Notes under the pieces: generated by a model
What the model was told of the DNA's origin: nothing
What the model saw: the letters and a program-made list of their open reading frames with translations, nothing else
The model's database searches: none
Assembly (NCBI RefSeq): GCF_048593235.1
Contig: NC_133620.1
Span: 454,985,261-455,049,260 of the forward strand
DNA from: Sminthopsis crassicaudata
Taxonomy: Eukaryota
Direction: 5' to 3'
Length of the DNA stretch: 64,000 bases
Made by a program: the position numbers and the translations under genes
Shown: positions 63,825 through 64,000 of the stretch, piece after piece
How positions within the stretch are numbered: the stretch's first letter is position 1
How the letters are laid out: each line of letters starts with the position of its first letter

Positions 63825-63981
63825 CTTCTAGATGGCAGGGCAGCAGCTCTTCCTCAATCCTCGAAGACAGGAGCAGAGCTCAGCAGTTCTTCAACTGGCA
63901 GCTTTAGCTGGGACAAGACATAAAGCTCGCCACTGAAGAACTGCTGTGGCTCGGCCAGGAGTGTGTGGGGGGCACAGGATC
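63825..63981 (-). ncRNA. MIR22HG: MIR22 host gene exon containing the miR-22 hairpin
   Basis: Acceptor ctccacccccccag|GATCC at 63981 and donor TAGAAG|gtgaaa at 63825 bracket the hairpin. Position upstream of TLCD2 matches human synteny. Confidence 0.65.
63872..63956 (-). ncRNA. MIR22: pre-miR-22 (3p 63883-63904 AAGCUGCCAGUUGAAGAACUGC; 5p 63921-63942)
   Basis: Exact miR-22 seed and mature sequence, and the arms pair as a hairpin. The 5p arm has G in place of human A at the bulged position 15. Confidence 0.98.
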
Positions 63982-64000
63982 CTGGGGGGTGGAGGGAGGA

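Overview
Mammalian genomic DNA, almost certainly a marsupial and probably a dasyurid (WSINE1-type SINEs, marsupial L1 3' ends, miR-22-3p ending in C). It is syntenic to human 17p13.3, with SCARF1, RILP, PRPF8, TLCD2 and MIR22HG/miR-22 all on the minus strand. I traced every coding exon by hand. PRPF8 (7008 nt CDS), RILP (1080 nt) and TLCD2 (795 nt) are intact. Main anomalies: (1) bases 1-1254 are a ~98.7% identical direct copy of 14887-16138, so a duplication junction places a second RILP exon just downstream of SCARF1, and a second SCARF1 may lie left of the window. (2) This SCARF1 copy has a +1 frameshift in a G6 run in exon 6. (3) PRPF8 appears to lack one intron present in human (a 428-nt fused exon), and RILP appears to lack intron 1. 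(4) RILP intron 3 starts with a GC donor and holds a ~42-copy G-rich minisatellite. The 35.4-57.8 kb interval is mostly transposon debris. Human exon counts and sizes are from memory and need checking. An assembly artefact cannot be excluded for (1) or (2).
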